In this document: positions 7,511-16,924 of the stretch, piece by piece
Position numbering within the stretch: position 1 is the first letter of the stretch
How the letters are laid out: each line of letters begins with the position of its first letter
From: Escherichia phage 172-1
Length of the DNA: 64,000 nucleotides
Sequence record: NC_028903.1
Strand: one strand, 5' to 3'
The notes under the pieces: model-generated
What the model was told of the DNA's origin: nothing
The model's input: the letters and a program-made list of their open reading frames with translations, nothing else
Databases searched by the model: none
Program-made: the position numbers and the translations under genes

Positions 7511-7876
7511 CTATGGATTTACACATTGACCATTACCGGACTCAATTTCATTCATGGACTCATCAAAGAGCGTCAACGATGAGCGCATCAAGTGATTGAC
7601 CGTGATTTGTTTACCAGTGATTTCATTTACCAGTAAAATAGTTTTACTATCTGATTGCACATGATCAAAATCATTTACATGCAAAATAATAACCTTAGGT
7701 GACTTTTTACCGGTTTCATAGTTTTCTATAAGGTAGGTACATTGCAAGCCGTCAACCGTAGCAGGGGAAAACGTTGCAGCCTTAACGCTACCCATAGCCG
7801 ATAACAGCACACCTAACAGAAGAATGACCAGAAAAAAGCCTACAACCGTTTTAATGACGAATCTAATAAACCACAT
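7511..7876 (-). CDS. secreted early protein (signal peptide)
   Basis: 121 aa; N-terminal hydrophobic segment followed by AxA-like cleavage region. Confidence 0.5.
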   Translation of the reverse strand: MWFIRFVIKTVVGFFLVILLLGVLLSAMGSVKAATFSPATVDGLQCTYLIENYETGKKSPKVIILHVNDFDHVQSDSKTILLVNEITGKQITVNHLMRSSLTLFDESMNEIESGNGQCVNP

Positions 7877-8069
7877 AACAATAAACCTCTTTAATTAGTT
7901 TAAGAATATCGAAAGCGGCAACAATCAATAAATAGTTTAAAGAAACGAAGCCAATGACAAACAAAAACAGAAAGAACACAACCGGACACCTAAAAAACGT
8001 AAGAATAAAGCATATCAGCGACGAACAACGCCACTGCAACAACGAATAAGCAACGCAAAAAATAATCAT
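7863..8069 (-). CDS. small membrane protein
   Basis: 68 aa, strongly hydrophobic. Confidence 0.35.
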   Translation of the reverse strand: MIIFCVAYSLLQWRCSSLICFILTFFRCPVVFFLFLFVIGFVSLNYLLIVAAFDILKLIKEVYCYVVY

Positions 8070-8082
8070 GAATCATTTTTTG

Positions 8083-8334
8083 TCACCATTTTGGCAGATC
8101 ACAATCAAGAAGACCAGCAAGCGACAAATCACCGTCAACATAGATCGAACGAAAATCATCGCGATTAATATCAATGCGCACCAATTGGAGCCATCTTTTG
8201 GCCTCGTTAAAACTCATGGAACAAAAGGCAACGGTAGGCAGTATTACGCTACCTTCTTTCAAGCCGAACGAGATAAAAGTATCACAAACAAAACAAGAAA
8301 CACCGCTGGATAATTTGATCACTTTGTTACTCAT
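8083..8334 (-). CDS. hypothetical protein
   Basis: 83 aa ORF in operon. Confidence 0.4.
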   Translation of the reverse strand: MSNKVIKLSSGVSCFVCDTFISFGLKEGSVILPTVAFCSMSFNEAKRWLQLVRIDINRDDFRSIYVDGDLSLAGLLDCDLPKW

Positions 8335-8363
8335 TTTTTTGTTACTCCTGAAAAATAGGTTAT

Positions 8364-8855
8364 TTATTTACTGGCCTTGATGCAGTTGGCTAAATTAATG
8401 TGAACGGTATAAACAGCGTTATCAGCGTTATTGTAAACAGTAGTCGCAATCATCGACTGATTAACCGGGCCATAACTGACCAGATTCGTGACAGCTTTCG
8501 CATGGCTGTAACGTTGTACAGTGCCATACGTCACCATATCCGCATCGTTATCAGTACGCTTGAGAACTAGATCACTGTTAGACTGATTGTCTAGTGTTTT
8601 GGTACTAACGACCAGACCATCACGGGAAACGTTACTAAATTTAACCTTTAAAACGACCTGATTGGTGTCACTATCAGCACCATTGCAAATCATCCAACCT
8701 TTATTGATGGAACTAACGAAGACACTAGCCGCATCAGTTGCAGGAGCAGGACTAGCAACAGCCTTATCAGGAAAGGAAGTTACCAGCGCACTAACACCGA
8801 TCGCGGCGACTAGTGCATAACTTGCCAGATTAATCATCTGCATTGGTTTAGTCAT
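8364..8855 (-). CDS. secreted early protein (signal peptide)
   Basis: 163 aa; N-terminal MTKPMQMINLASYALVAAIGVSALV... signal-like segment. Confidence 0.5.
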   Translation of the reverse strand: MTKPMQMINLASYALVAAIGVSALVTSFPDKAVASPAPATDAASVFVSSINKGWMICNGADSDTNQVVLKVKFSNVSRDGLVVSTKTLDNQSNSDLVLKRTDNDADMVTYGTVQRYSHAKAVTNLVSYGPVNQSMIATTVYNNADNAVYTVHINLANCIKASK

Positions 8856-8890
8856 TTGTGAAGCCTCATTGATATGTAATAGATAGGGAT

Positions 8891-8919
8891 ATAATAGGAC
8901 ACGCTTTCTTACATTGCAA
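8891..8919 (-). promoter_or_regulatory. sigma70-like promoter (TTGCAA-N17-TATTAT) for operon 8855..7511
   Basis: Hexamers read on minus strand ~30 nt upstream of start. Confidence 0.5.
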
Positions 8920-9154
8920 CCATCTTCCTAACTTTCTTTCTTTCTACTAAAAGTAGCGCCATTGAACTTACTAGTCCTATTTCTTGGGCTTAACTTGCTA
9001 TCAGTGAACGATTCGACTACTTCACAAACGATCAGAACAAGTAAAGGAAATACTACAGCCATTGCCATCATTATTAAGATAATCATTTCTATCACTTCAA
9101 TCACTCAATCAATAGGCTTCAATTTACTACTACTTAACAAGGAAGACAAGCGAC

Positions 9155-9222
9155 CACGGGTAAACTATTTCTACTATATAGGACGGGGCATACAACAACC
9201 GCAGAACAGACCACGGGGAAAC
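9155..9222. repeat. three CACGGG(G)-core direct repeats (~28 bp period)
   Basis: ccacgggtaaac, gacggggcatac, ccacggggaaac read in sequence. Confidence 0.5.
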
Positions 9223-9565
9223 ATAGCAAGATAGTGCGGTAATAATATACCACTTAAATAATTGTATAACTCAAACATCAAAGATCATTCGCTACGCTCA
9301 TGCACGCTGAAAAAGAAAGTAATAAAAGAAATAATAACATACATCAATCATTATCCACTTAATTAATACATACATCATTATTGCACTCATAATAATAACT
9401 ATTGAAACTATTTACAATCAAACTATGGGGGAAGTGGGTAGTAACTAGGGGGTATTATTAGCCTATTCATAGTGCCTTAATCTGATTGCTATACAGTGAC
9501 TAGCCTTTCACTCACTCTTTAAAGGGGAACTAAATAAACGGGTAGGTAATGAATAGGATGGTATA

Positions 9566-9605
9566 CACGGGGAAAGAATAACGGGGAGTAGGCACGGGGA
9601 AAGGT
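9566..9605. repeat. three tandem ~14 bp repeats (c)ACGGGGA(AAG)
   Basis: cacggggaaagaat / aacggggagtagg / cacggggaaaggt. Confidence 0.55.
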
Positions 9606-9787
9606 TGGAACGTGGAAGGAGGTGTAAAGGCATTGCCAATAACCATTTTTTATTTGAGGACTCCCCCTTTTTAACAATTCGCCGCAGAGCGCCCAGCCCC
9701 ACTCGGTCAAATCAGAATTTTAAACAGATATATACATCTTTATTTTTTATAAATCTGTATTTTAAACTGTTATATATAAGGTTAAGT

Positions 9788-9949
9788 ATGAATCTAATTA
9801 AAGTATTTAGACGGATGAAGTGTAAGCACAATTACTATCTTCTTCGTAAAGCTTACGGGGATGAAAGGATACATGGTTTGTACCTATCAACATGGAAGTG
9901 TAAGGAATGTGGTAAGTTGAGATTCAGTACATGGGTGGATAGGCCTTAA
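9788..9949 (+). CDS. small zinc-ribbon-like protein
   Basis: 53 aa from ATG 9788; CKHN...CKEC motif pair. Confidence 0.35.
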   Translation: MNLIKVFRRMKCKHNYYLLRKAYGDERIHGLYLSTWKCKECGKLRFSTWVDRP

Positions 9950-9954
9950 CATGA

Positions 9955-10050
9955 CATGGCCTTTATGAGAGTACCCTTTACTTCAGAGTACACGGGTTGT
10001 TGGTATGAGGGTGCCTTTACGGGTTGGTCTTATGATGTGCCCTTTATACT
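9955..10050. repeat. iteron-like direct repeats TATGA(G/T)nGTGCC(C)TTTA(C/T) x3-4
   Basis: Copies at ~9964, 10004 and 10031, with a partial copy at 9955. Confidence 0.5.
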
Positions 10051-10168
10051 TTTATTCAGAGGATAAGAATATGAGGTTTTTAAAAGAACTACACTCCTTG
10101 ATTTATAAGGACATAGTGTACTCAGTATCCCGCAATGCATGGTTCTACCAAAAAGGTGGCAACGGTGA

Positions 10169-10459
10169 ATGGGTAGATTGAATCTTACTCAGAGGAGAAG
10201 AATTATGAATTTAGTATTAGACTTTTTATCAGAGATGGTGCCTCGGTTCAGAACGGAGACATACGCTTTCGTAGTCAACAGTGACTCTGAAGATGGGATG
10301 GAAGCTACGTGCTTAGGTCGTCTTGTTGATTTAGATGATGAAACAGGTTTCGATATTACAATTGATGTGAGTAGCTTAGGTTGGCTCTTCTTCAGAGCAT
10401 TCCGCACTTACAAAGTAGAAACATATAAAGATTACAGTAAGGGAGATACAGATGAATAA
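10169..10459 (+). CDS. hypothetical protein
   Basis: 96 aa; alternative start at 10205 has the better GAGGAG RBS. Confidence 0.4.
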   Translation: MGRLNLTQRRRIMNLVLDFLSEMVPRFRTETYAFVVNSDSEDGMEATCLGRLVDLDDETGFDITIDVSSLGWLFFRAFRTYKVETYKDYSKGDTDE

Positions 10460-11015
10460 TTTAATCAAAGCGATGGACCTTAACGAGTATAATTCACAGC
10501 TATGTCGCTCTGGTTGTAGCTTACAGCATTTAGAAACTATGGGAAACATCTCAGGATTGGCTGTACAAGATTTGTATAGTGGAAGTATTCTTAAACCAAA
10601 TATTACGGAGAACAAAAACATGTTAGATTTGATTCATACTACTCGCCCTAATTCTAAAACACAACCATCTACTCTGGAAGTAGTTGAATACGAATCTACT
10701 AAACATGACCACCTCCCTGACTATGCTCGTGCAATGATTGAGATGATTGAAGAAGCTGAATATGAAATGCTCCATGATTACATTACCTCCAAAGATGAAT
10801 GGCATCGTGATGTTCGAATTGAAGAAGATGGTACAGAAACAATTACGTGGATTCACAAGAGTGAGTTAGTAGACGACGCACTGCGAGACTACGAAAAATT
10901 TTTGGTCGACGGCTCTATTCTTTTAGAGGAAGAGAAGGGTGTAGAACTTCCGTGGGAGGGTGAGGTAGTTACTTTAGGTAAGATGTTTAACCTGTCCGTT
11001 GGTGATTGTAAGTAA
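10452..11015 (+). CDS. acidic hypothetical protein
   Basis: 187 aa, D/E-rich. Confidence 0.45.
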   Translation: MNNLIKAMDLNEYNSQLCRSGCSLQHLETMGNISGLAVQDLYSGSILKPNITENKNMLDLIHTTRPNSKTQPSTLEVVEYESTKHDHLPDYARAMIEMIEEAEYEMLHDYITSKDEWHRDVRIEEDGTETITWIHKSELVDDALRDYEKFLVDGSILLEEEKGVELPWEGEVVTLGKMFNLSVGDCK

Positions 11016-11020
11016 TGTTT

Positions 11021-11041
11021 GCCTCCCTTGGGAGGCTTTTT
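11021..11041 (+). terminator. rho-independent terminator
   Basis: GCCTCC / GGAGGC hairpin followed by TTTTT. Confidence 0.55.
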
Positions 11042-11071
11042 GTGTTGTTGATAATGTAGAAGGAGTATAAA

Positions 11072-11545
11072 ATGTTTGGAGAAAACGGAGAACTCACACC
11101 TGCACAGGTAGCTGAGATTACAGGAAGATTACCCGGAGTAACGGAAGAACTTGAAAGCCGTGGTATGAACCCAAGCAATGGGAAGTTTCAAAAGGGAAAT
11201 AAATTCGGACGACCCAGAGGTAGTAGAGGTAAACTGACACAATTAATGTTGGACCGTGTTGCTGCAAGTCATTTGTCTCCTGATGAAGTGTTAATTCAAA
11301 TTTACGAAGATCCTAATATTCCACCTGATCTTAGATTCAAGGCTGCATCAAAAGTTGCAGATCTGGTATATCCTAAGGCGGCCTCTGTTGAAGTTAAGAT
11401 TGAGGAAGAGAATGTAATTAACGAAGAATCATTGAATGCACAAATCAAGGACTTCTTGACTGGAGCACTTGGTATCGATGTTATGCCTCCAGAAGAAGAC
11501 AACTCTGAGGACGCTGAAAAGGGGGAGGAAGCGGACGAGAGTTAA
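11072..11545 (+). CDS. putative terminase small subunit (position-based)
   Basis: 157 aa, directly upstream of large terminase; basic mid-region and acidic C-terminus; no definitive motif. Confidence 0.3.
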   Translation: MFGENGELTPAQVAEITGRLPGVTEELESRGMNPSNGKFQKGNKFGRPRGSRGKLTQLMLDRVAASHLSPDEVLIQIYEDPNIPPDLRFKAASKVADLVYPKAASVEVKIEEENVINEESLNAQIKDFLTGALGIDVMPPEEDNSEDAEKGEEADES

Positions 11546-11667
11546 TTAAAGGAAACAGGGAGCTGTCGAAGATCATCTGATTAACAATCTAAGGGTTGTT
11601 ATAGTTTTATTGCCACGATGTTCTTTTACAGTGTACCCTTGTAGTGGAGAGGGGAGGTTCTTTGACG

Positions 11668-11692
11668 AAGGGACTTTCCCTTTTCTATTTTT
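11668..11692 (+). terminator. hairpin with T-run (attenuator-like) upstream of terL
   Basis: AAGGGA / TCCCTT stem followed by ttctattttt. Confidence 0.3.
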
Positions 11693-11706
11693 AAACTGGA
11701 GGAAGT

Positions 11707-13248
11707 ATGTCATTAGATAAACAAATTTATGAAGCTCTAACTGGTAACAATCTTAGTGTAGACGAAAAGAAAGCACTATTGAATATGTTGAAAGAGCGTG
11801 ACCAATGGAGGAAGTATAATAGGATTTTGTCTTTCAAGGCGTATGACTTCCAAAAGAAATTTTATGCAGCAGGATTGAAGCATCGCTTTAGATTCTTGTG
11901 TGCAGCGAACCGTGTTGGTAAATCTTATAGCGAGGCATACGAGTTTGCTTGTCATGTCACAGGTCGCTACCCAACTTGGTGGACAGGATATAAATTTAAA
12001 AGACCTATCTTAGCATGGGCAGTTGGTATTACAGGGGATTCCACAAGGAAGGTATTGCAAAAGGAATTGTTTGGTACACCTATCGGAAAGGATACAAATT
12101 TATTAGGGACAGGTGTCATTCCTCGTGATGCTATCGTCATTGATACGATAGAACGAGATGGTAACAAACTTCAAATCGTACAAATCAAACATCAAAATGA
12201 GAGAGGAGAGTTTGACGGTTTAAGTACATTAGAATTCCGTTCAACCCAACAGGGTGAACACACATTGATGGGTGCAACAGTTGACTATATATGGCTTGAT
12301 GAAGAGGATCCATATGAGTCTATGGCTATATTCGCACAGTGCGTCACACGTACACTCACAACTAAAGGTCTAGTTACAATTACAGCTACACCAGAGAACG
12401 GTTTAACTGAACTGGTAGATAAATTTATGAAAGGTGAAGGGGATGAGAACACAGGTTCTCTATATTTCCAGAATGCTTCTTGGTGGGATGCTCATGCAGA
12501 CCTAGGTGGACACATCACTGACCAAGATATAAAAGATATGACTGAAGGTATTCCAGCATGGCAGTTAGAGATGCGTTCAAAAGGTATGCCATTGTTAGGA
12601 AGTGGTTTGATATATGATGTATCGGATGACACAATTAAATGTGAACCATTCGAAATTCCTGATACGTGGAAACGTGTCTGTGCAATTGATATTGGTATCG
12701 ATCACCCAACTGCTGCTGTTTGGACAGCTTACGATGCAAACACGGATACTATCTATGTTTACGACTCATATAAAGAAGGTGGCTTTACTCCAGTGTATCA
12801 TGCTCCAGCTATTAATGGTCGTGGTCAGTGGATTCCTGTCATCCTACCGCATGATGCGGACAATACTGAGAAAGGTAGTGGTTCATCTGTTGCTCAATTC
12901 TATAAGAATGCAGGAGTTAACGTACAGAGTGAGACCTTCTACAACAAAATTGGAATGGATGGTAAAAAGAACTTCTTTGTAGAACCGGGAATCACAGATA
13001 TCCGAGAAAGAATGATGAGTGGACGCTTTAAAGTCTTTAACACAGCCGCTAACGCTAAGCTATTCGAAGAGAAAGCTAGATATCACCGTAAGGTTGGTAA
13101 GATTATTAAAGAACATGATGACTTAATGGATGCAATGCGCTATTCAGCGTGCTCTGTTACACATCGTGGTCGCTCTAAGCATGATGTTAGCTACGGAAGC
13201 GCTTCTTTGTATGAGGCAAACGTAAGCAGATGGAATCAGAGCTACTAA
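11707..13248 (+). CDS. terL: terminase large subunit
   Basis: 513 aa; Walker A-like AANRVGKSY, Walker B-like IWLDEE; precedes portal. Confidence 0.85.
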   Translation: MSLDKQIYEALTGNNLSVDEKKALLNMLKERDQWRKYNRILSFKAYDFQKKFYAAGLKHRFRFLCAANRVGKSYSEAYEFACHVTGRYPTWWTGYKFKRPILAWAVGITGDSTRKVLQKELFGTPIGKDTNLLGTGVIPRDAIVIDTIERDGNKLQIVQIKHQNERGEFDGLSTLEFRSTQQGEHTLMGATVDYIWLDEEDPYESMAIFAQCVTRTLTTKGLVTITATPENGLTELVDKFMKGEGDENTGSLYFQNASWWDAHADLGGHITDQDIKDMTEGIPAWQLEMRSKGMPLLGSGLIYDVSDDTIKCEPFEIPDTWKRVCAIDIGIDHPTAAVWTAYDANTDTIYVYDSYKEGGFTPVYHAPAINGRGQWIPVILPHDADNTEKGSGSSVAQFYKNAGVNVQSETFYNKIGMDGKKNFFVEPGITDIRERMMSGRFKVFNTAANAKLFEEKARYHRKVGKIIKEHDDLMDAMRYSACSVTHRGRSKHDVSYGSASLYEANVSRWNQSY

Positions 13249-13253
13249 AGTAA

Positions 13254-13283
13254 GGGGAGGTTTGTCCTCCCTTCTTTTATTTA
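13254..13283 (+). terminator. rho-independent terminator
   Basis: GGGGAGG / CCTCC(C) hairpin followed by T-rich run. Confidence 0.5.
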
Positions 13284-13308
13284 AGCTATCAACCGAGGGA
13301 GAGAATAG

Positions 13309-15552
13309 ATGGCTAAGCAAAAATATAGTGAAGAGGTGTTGGACGAGTTACGTGTTGACCTTCAACGTCGTTTTAATTACGCTCAAGGCTACGTAGACAC
13401 AGCTGTTAAGGGCTATGCTCGTGAAGCTTGGGAATATTTCTATGGTAACTTACCTGCACCAGTAACTGCTGGCAGCTCTAGTTGGGTAGATCGTACTGTT
13501 TGGGAATCTGTTAACGGTACACTGCAAGATATTATTAACGTATTCTGTTCTGGTGATGAAGCAGTTACTTTTGTAGCTGACAACCAACAGGACTCTGATG
13601 CTGCTGATGTAGCAACTAAATTAGTTAACCAAATTCTTCTGCGTGATAATCCGGGATACAATATTATCTCCTCTGCTGCACAAGAATGTCTGGTTACTCG
13701 TAACTCTTTTATCAAATACTATTGGGATGAGCACACTTCTACTCAAACTGAAGAAGCTGAAGGTGTACCACCGGAAGCATTGGCTGCATATGTTCAGGGA
13801 TTAGAAGCTGGTGGACTCAAGAATCTGGAAATCTTCACTGAAGAAAACGAAGATGGTACAGTTGATGTTAAAGTTACTTACGAACAAACTGTTAAACGTG
13901 TGAAAGTTGAATATGTTCCTTCAGAGCAAATCTTTGTTGATGAACATGCTACCTCTTTTGCAGATGCACAATACTTCTGTCATCGTGTACGTCGTTCTAA
14001 AGAAGATCTGGTTGCTATGGGCTTCCCTAAAGATGAGATTGAAGCATTCAACGACTGGACAGACACGATGGATACCACTCAATCTACAGTTGCTTGGTCT
14101 CGTACTGACTGGCGTCAGGACATTGATGCTGACATTGGTACAGATACTGAAGATATCGCTACTATGGTTTGGGTTTATGAGCACTACATCCGTACTGGTG
14201 TTCTAGATAAGAATAAAGAATCTAAACTCTATCAGGTTATTCAAGCTGGTGAGCATATCCTTCACACTGAAGAAGTAACTCACATTCCGTTTGTAACCTT
14301 CTGTCCGTATCCGATTCCGGGTTCCTTCTACGGTCAATCAGTCTATGACATTACGAAAGATATTCAGGATTTACGTACCGCGTTAGTTCGTGGTTATATT
14401 GATAACGTCAACAATGCTAACTATGGTCGATACAAAGCTCTTGTTGGTGCATACGATCGTCGCTCTCTGCTTGATAACCGTCCCGGTGGAGTGGTTGAAA
14501 TGGAACGTCAGGACGCTATTGATCTGTTCCCATACCATAACCTACCTCAAGGTATTGACGGCCTCCTAGGCATGTCTGAGGAGCTTAAAGAGACACGTAC
14601 CGGTGTAACTAAACTTGGCATGGGTATCAACCCTGATGTGTTTAAGAATGATAACGCTTATGCAACCGTAGGATTGATGATGAATGCTGCACAGAACCGT
14701 CTCCGTATGGTATGTCGTAACATTGCTCACAATGGTATGGTTGAATTGATGCGTGGTATTTACAGCCTTATCAGAGAAAACGGTGAAGTTCCTATTGAGG
14801 TACAAACCCCTCGTGGTATGGTTCAGGTTAACCCGAAACAATTACCAGCTCGTCATAATCTTCAAGTTGTTGTAGCCATCTCTCCTAATGAGAAAGCAGA
14901 ACGTGCACAGAAACTGATTAGCTTGAAACAGCTGATTGCAGCAGATGCACAGTTAGCACCTCTCTTCGGTTTGGAGCAAGACCGTTACATGACTGCACAG
15001 ATCTTTGAGTTGATGGGTATTAAGGACACTCATAAATACTTACTGCCTCTGGAACAGTATCAGCCTCCTGAGCCGTCTCCGATGGAAATCCTCCAGCTTG
15101 AGATGACTAAAGCACAGGTTGAGAACGTACAGGCTTCTTCTCAGAAGATGATTGCTGATGCATTCGACCAGCGTGAACGTACTACATTCGAACAGCAGAA
15201 AGCTGCGGATGAATTAAGTCTGCGTCAGGAAGAGTTGCAGTTCAAGCAAGAAAATGCAGCAGATGCTATGACTCTGGAAAACCGTAAAGAAGATAACAAT
15301 GCAACTCTGGAACAAGCTAAGCACAAGTTAGCTCTTATGCAACAGCAGGTCCGTCAGTATGAGTCTGTACTGAAAGAATTGCAGATGGTTATGGAACATC
15401 AGGTTGACCAAGAGAAGATTGTTCAGCAAACTCGTGTTCAGGATAAAACTTTGGAACTCCAGAAGAAAGAAGCAAATGTAACTAAGAAAGAGCAACAAGC
15501 TTCTCTCAAAGATTCACGGATTCCAGGCAAACGTCTTGGAAGTAAAAAGTAA
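13309..15552 (+). CDS. portal protein
   Basis: 747 aa, immediately after terL; size and order typical; C-terminal coiled coil. Confidence 0.75.
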   Translation: MAKQKYSEEVLDELRVDLQRRFNYAQGYVDTAVKGYAREAWEYFYGNLPAPVTAGSSSWVDRTVWESVNGTLQDIINVFCSGDEAVTFVADNQQDSDAADVATKLVNQILLRDNPGYNIISSAAQECLVTRNSFIKYYWDEHTSTQTEEAEGVPPEALAAYVQGLEAGGLKNLEIFTEENEDGTVDVKVTYEQTVKRVKVEYVPSEQIFVDEHATSFADAQYFCHRVRRSKEDLVAMGFPKDEIEAFNDWTDTMDTTQSTVAWSRTDWRQDIDADIGTDTEDIATMVWVYEHYIRTGVLDKNKESKLYQVIQAGEHILHTEEVTHIPFVTFCPYPIPGSFYGQSVYDITKDIQDLRTALVRGYIDNVNNANYGRYKALVGAYDRRSLLDNRPGGVVEMERQDAIDLFPYHNLPQGIDGLLGMSEELKETRTGVTKLGMGINPDVFKNDNAYATVGLMMNAAQNRLRMVCRNIAHNGMVELMRGIYSLIRENGEVPIEVQTPRGMVQVNPKQLPARHNLQVVVAISPNEKAERAQKLISLKQLIAADAQLAPLFGLEQDRYMTAQIFELMGIKDTHKYLLPLEQYQPPEPSPMEILQLEMTKAQVENVQASSQKMIADAFDQRERTTFEQQKAADELSLRQEELQFKQENAADAMTLENRKEDNNATLEQAKHKLALMQQQVRQYESVLKELQMVMEHQVDQEKIVQQTRVQDKTLELQKKEANVTKKEQQASLKDSRIPGKRLGSKK

Positions 15553-15561
15553 GGACGTCGA

Positions 15562-15798
15562 ATGAACATTAGGCATCAATTCAATAAAGAGCACGCCGCC
15601 GCTTTGGCGGCTCTCAATCTTAACGGCAGTCTTGACGCAGCATTAGAGGCATTGAAAGAAAGACTCATGACAGAGATAGTTCAAACTGAACCTCATGAGA
15701 ATAAGAAACGCGAAGATTGTTATCAAAAGTATAAAATGGTGGGTAGCTTAAAAGAGGTCATAAAAGCTGCTATCAATAGTGCAGGAGATGTTTCATAA
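15562..15798 (+). CDS. hypothetical head-module protein
   Basis: 78 aa between portal and scaffold. Confidence 0.4.
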   Translation: MNIRHQFNKEHAAALAALNLNGSLDAALEALKERLMTEIVQTEPHENKKREDCYQKYKMVGSLKEVIKAAINSAGDVS

Positions 15799-16883
15799 TG
15801 CCACAAGATAATTATATTGACCCGAACGATTTTAAATCTTTCCTCCAACTGGATGACCTGAAAGGCTCTTTTAAAGAAGAGCTTGGTCGATTAGAATCTG
15901 AACAAGAACCAGAAGTGGACATTGACGACGAGTTCCCGGAAGATACCGGTGACAACTTCGACTTTGATACCGACCTTCTCGGTGAAAGCGATGAGCTTAA
16001 GTTCGAAGATGAAGATGGTTGGGAAGATCATGATGAGGAAGGCGAAGTCGAAGAAGATGGGGATGACTCTGACGAAGGTGATGAAAACACTGAAGCAGAA
16101 GAGGAAGACTCAAGCGATGCAGGATATGAAGATGATTCTGCTGACGGTGATGGTGAAGTCTTTGATGTAGACTACGAAACCGTTATCACCCTTCCTGATG
16201 GACGTGAGATGACTATTGAAGAACTCTCCAATGGCTATCTTACTGGTGCTGACATGACTGAACGAGAATCAACTCTTCAGCGTCACATGGAAGCATTTGA
16301 GGAACGTGTAGTAGGTTTGAAGGATGTATTAGAATTAGCGTCTTTAGAAGCAGACCGAGTAATTGAAGATTACAACGGATTTGATTGGGACAAGCTTGCA
16401 GTAGAAGATCCTCAAGCATATGTTGAAAACAAACGTTTCCTAGAGAAGTACACAGCTCGTCGTAACCAGCTTGAACAGGCTCAGATGCGTGTTAAGCAGG
16501 AAGCAGCAGCTAAAGAACAGGAAGCTTTCCAAGCCAAAAGTGTTGAGTGCGTTAATATTCTGAAACGTGAGATTCCAAATTGGGATGAAAACTTATATCA
16601 AAACTTAATGCAATATGCAATTGACTTAGGTGCTACTGAAGAAGAAGTATTGAAGGAAAACCGTCCGTCTATTTTCCTAGCTCTCCATAAAGCATACCAA
16701 TTTGATAAAGGTAAGCAGCAGGTGATGGCTAAGATTAAACGTCCCGGTGCTCCACGCAAGGTTGTGAAGTCTGATGCTGCAAAGTCTCGTACTTCCAATA
16801 AGCCAGACAACGCTAAGGTTGCCAAGGCATTCGCAGAGGGTCGCGTTAGTCACGAAGACGCATTCAAATTCCTCGTAGATTAA
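15798..16883 (+). CDS. putative scaffolding protein
   Basis: 361 aa, extremely acidic N-terminus, helical; sits between portal and capsid genes. Confidence 0.5.
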   Translation: MPQDNYIDPNDFKSFLQLDDLKGSFKEELGRLESEQEPEVDIDDEFPEDTGDNFDFDTDLLGESDELKFEDEDGWEDHDEEGEVEEDGDDSDEGDENTEAEEEDSSDAGYEDDSADGDGEVFDVDYETVITLPDGREMTIEELSNGYLTGADMTERESTLQRHMEAFEERVVGLKDVLELASLEADRVIEDYNGFDWDKLAVEDPQAYVENKRFLEKYTARRNQLEQAQMRVKQEAAAKEQEAFQAKSVECVNILKREIPNWDENLYQNLMQYAIDLGATEEEVLKENRPSIFLALHKAYQFDKGKQQVMAKIKRPGAPRKVVKSDAAKSRTSNKPDNAKVAKAFAEGRVSHEDAFKFLVD

Positions 16884-16924
16884 TCGACAAATTAATTATT
16901 TAATAGTATAGGAGCTAACATAAC

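Noticed and set aside
9508-9710. Minus-strand ORFs 9508..9702 and 9519..9710
   Set aside because: They overlap each other and the tandem CACGGGG repeats in the divergent control region; Pro/Ser/Leu-rich translations typical of random GC-skewed sequence.
12614-14841. ORFs nested inside terminase and portal genes (12614..12982, 13440..13715, 13907..14206, 13921..14184, 14566..14841)
   Set aside because: Out-of-frame or antisense to long, well-supported structural genes; no independent signals.
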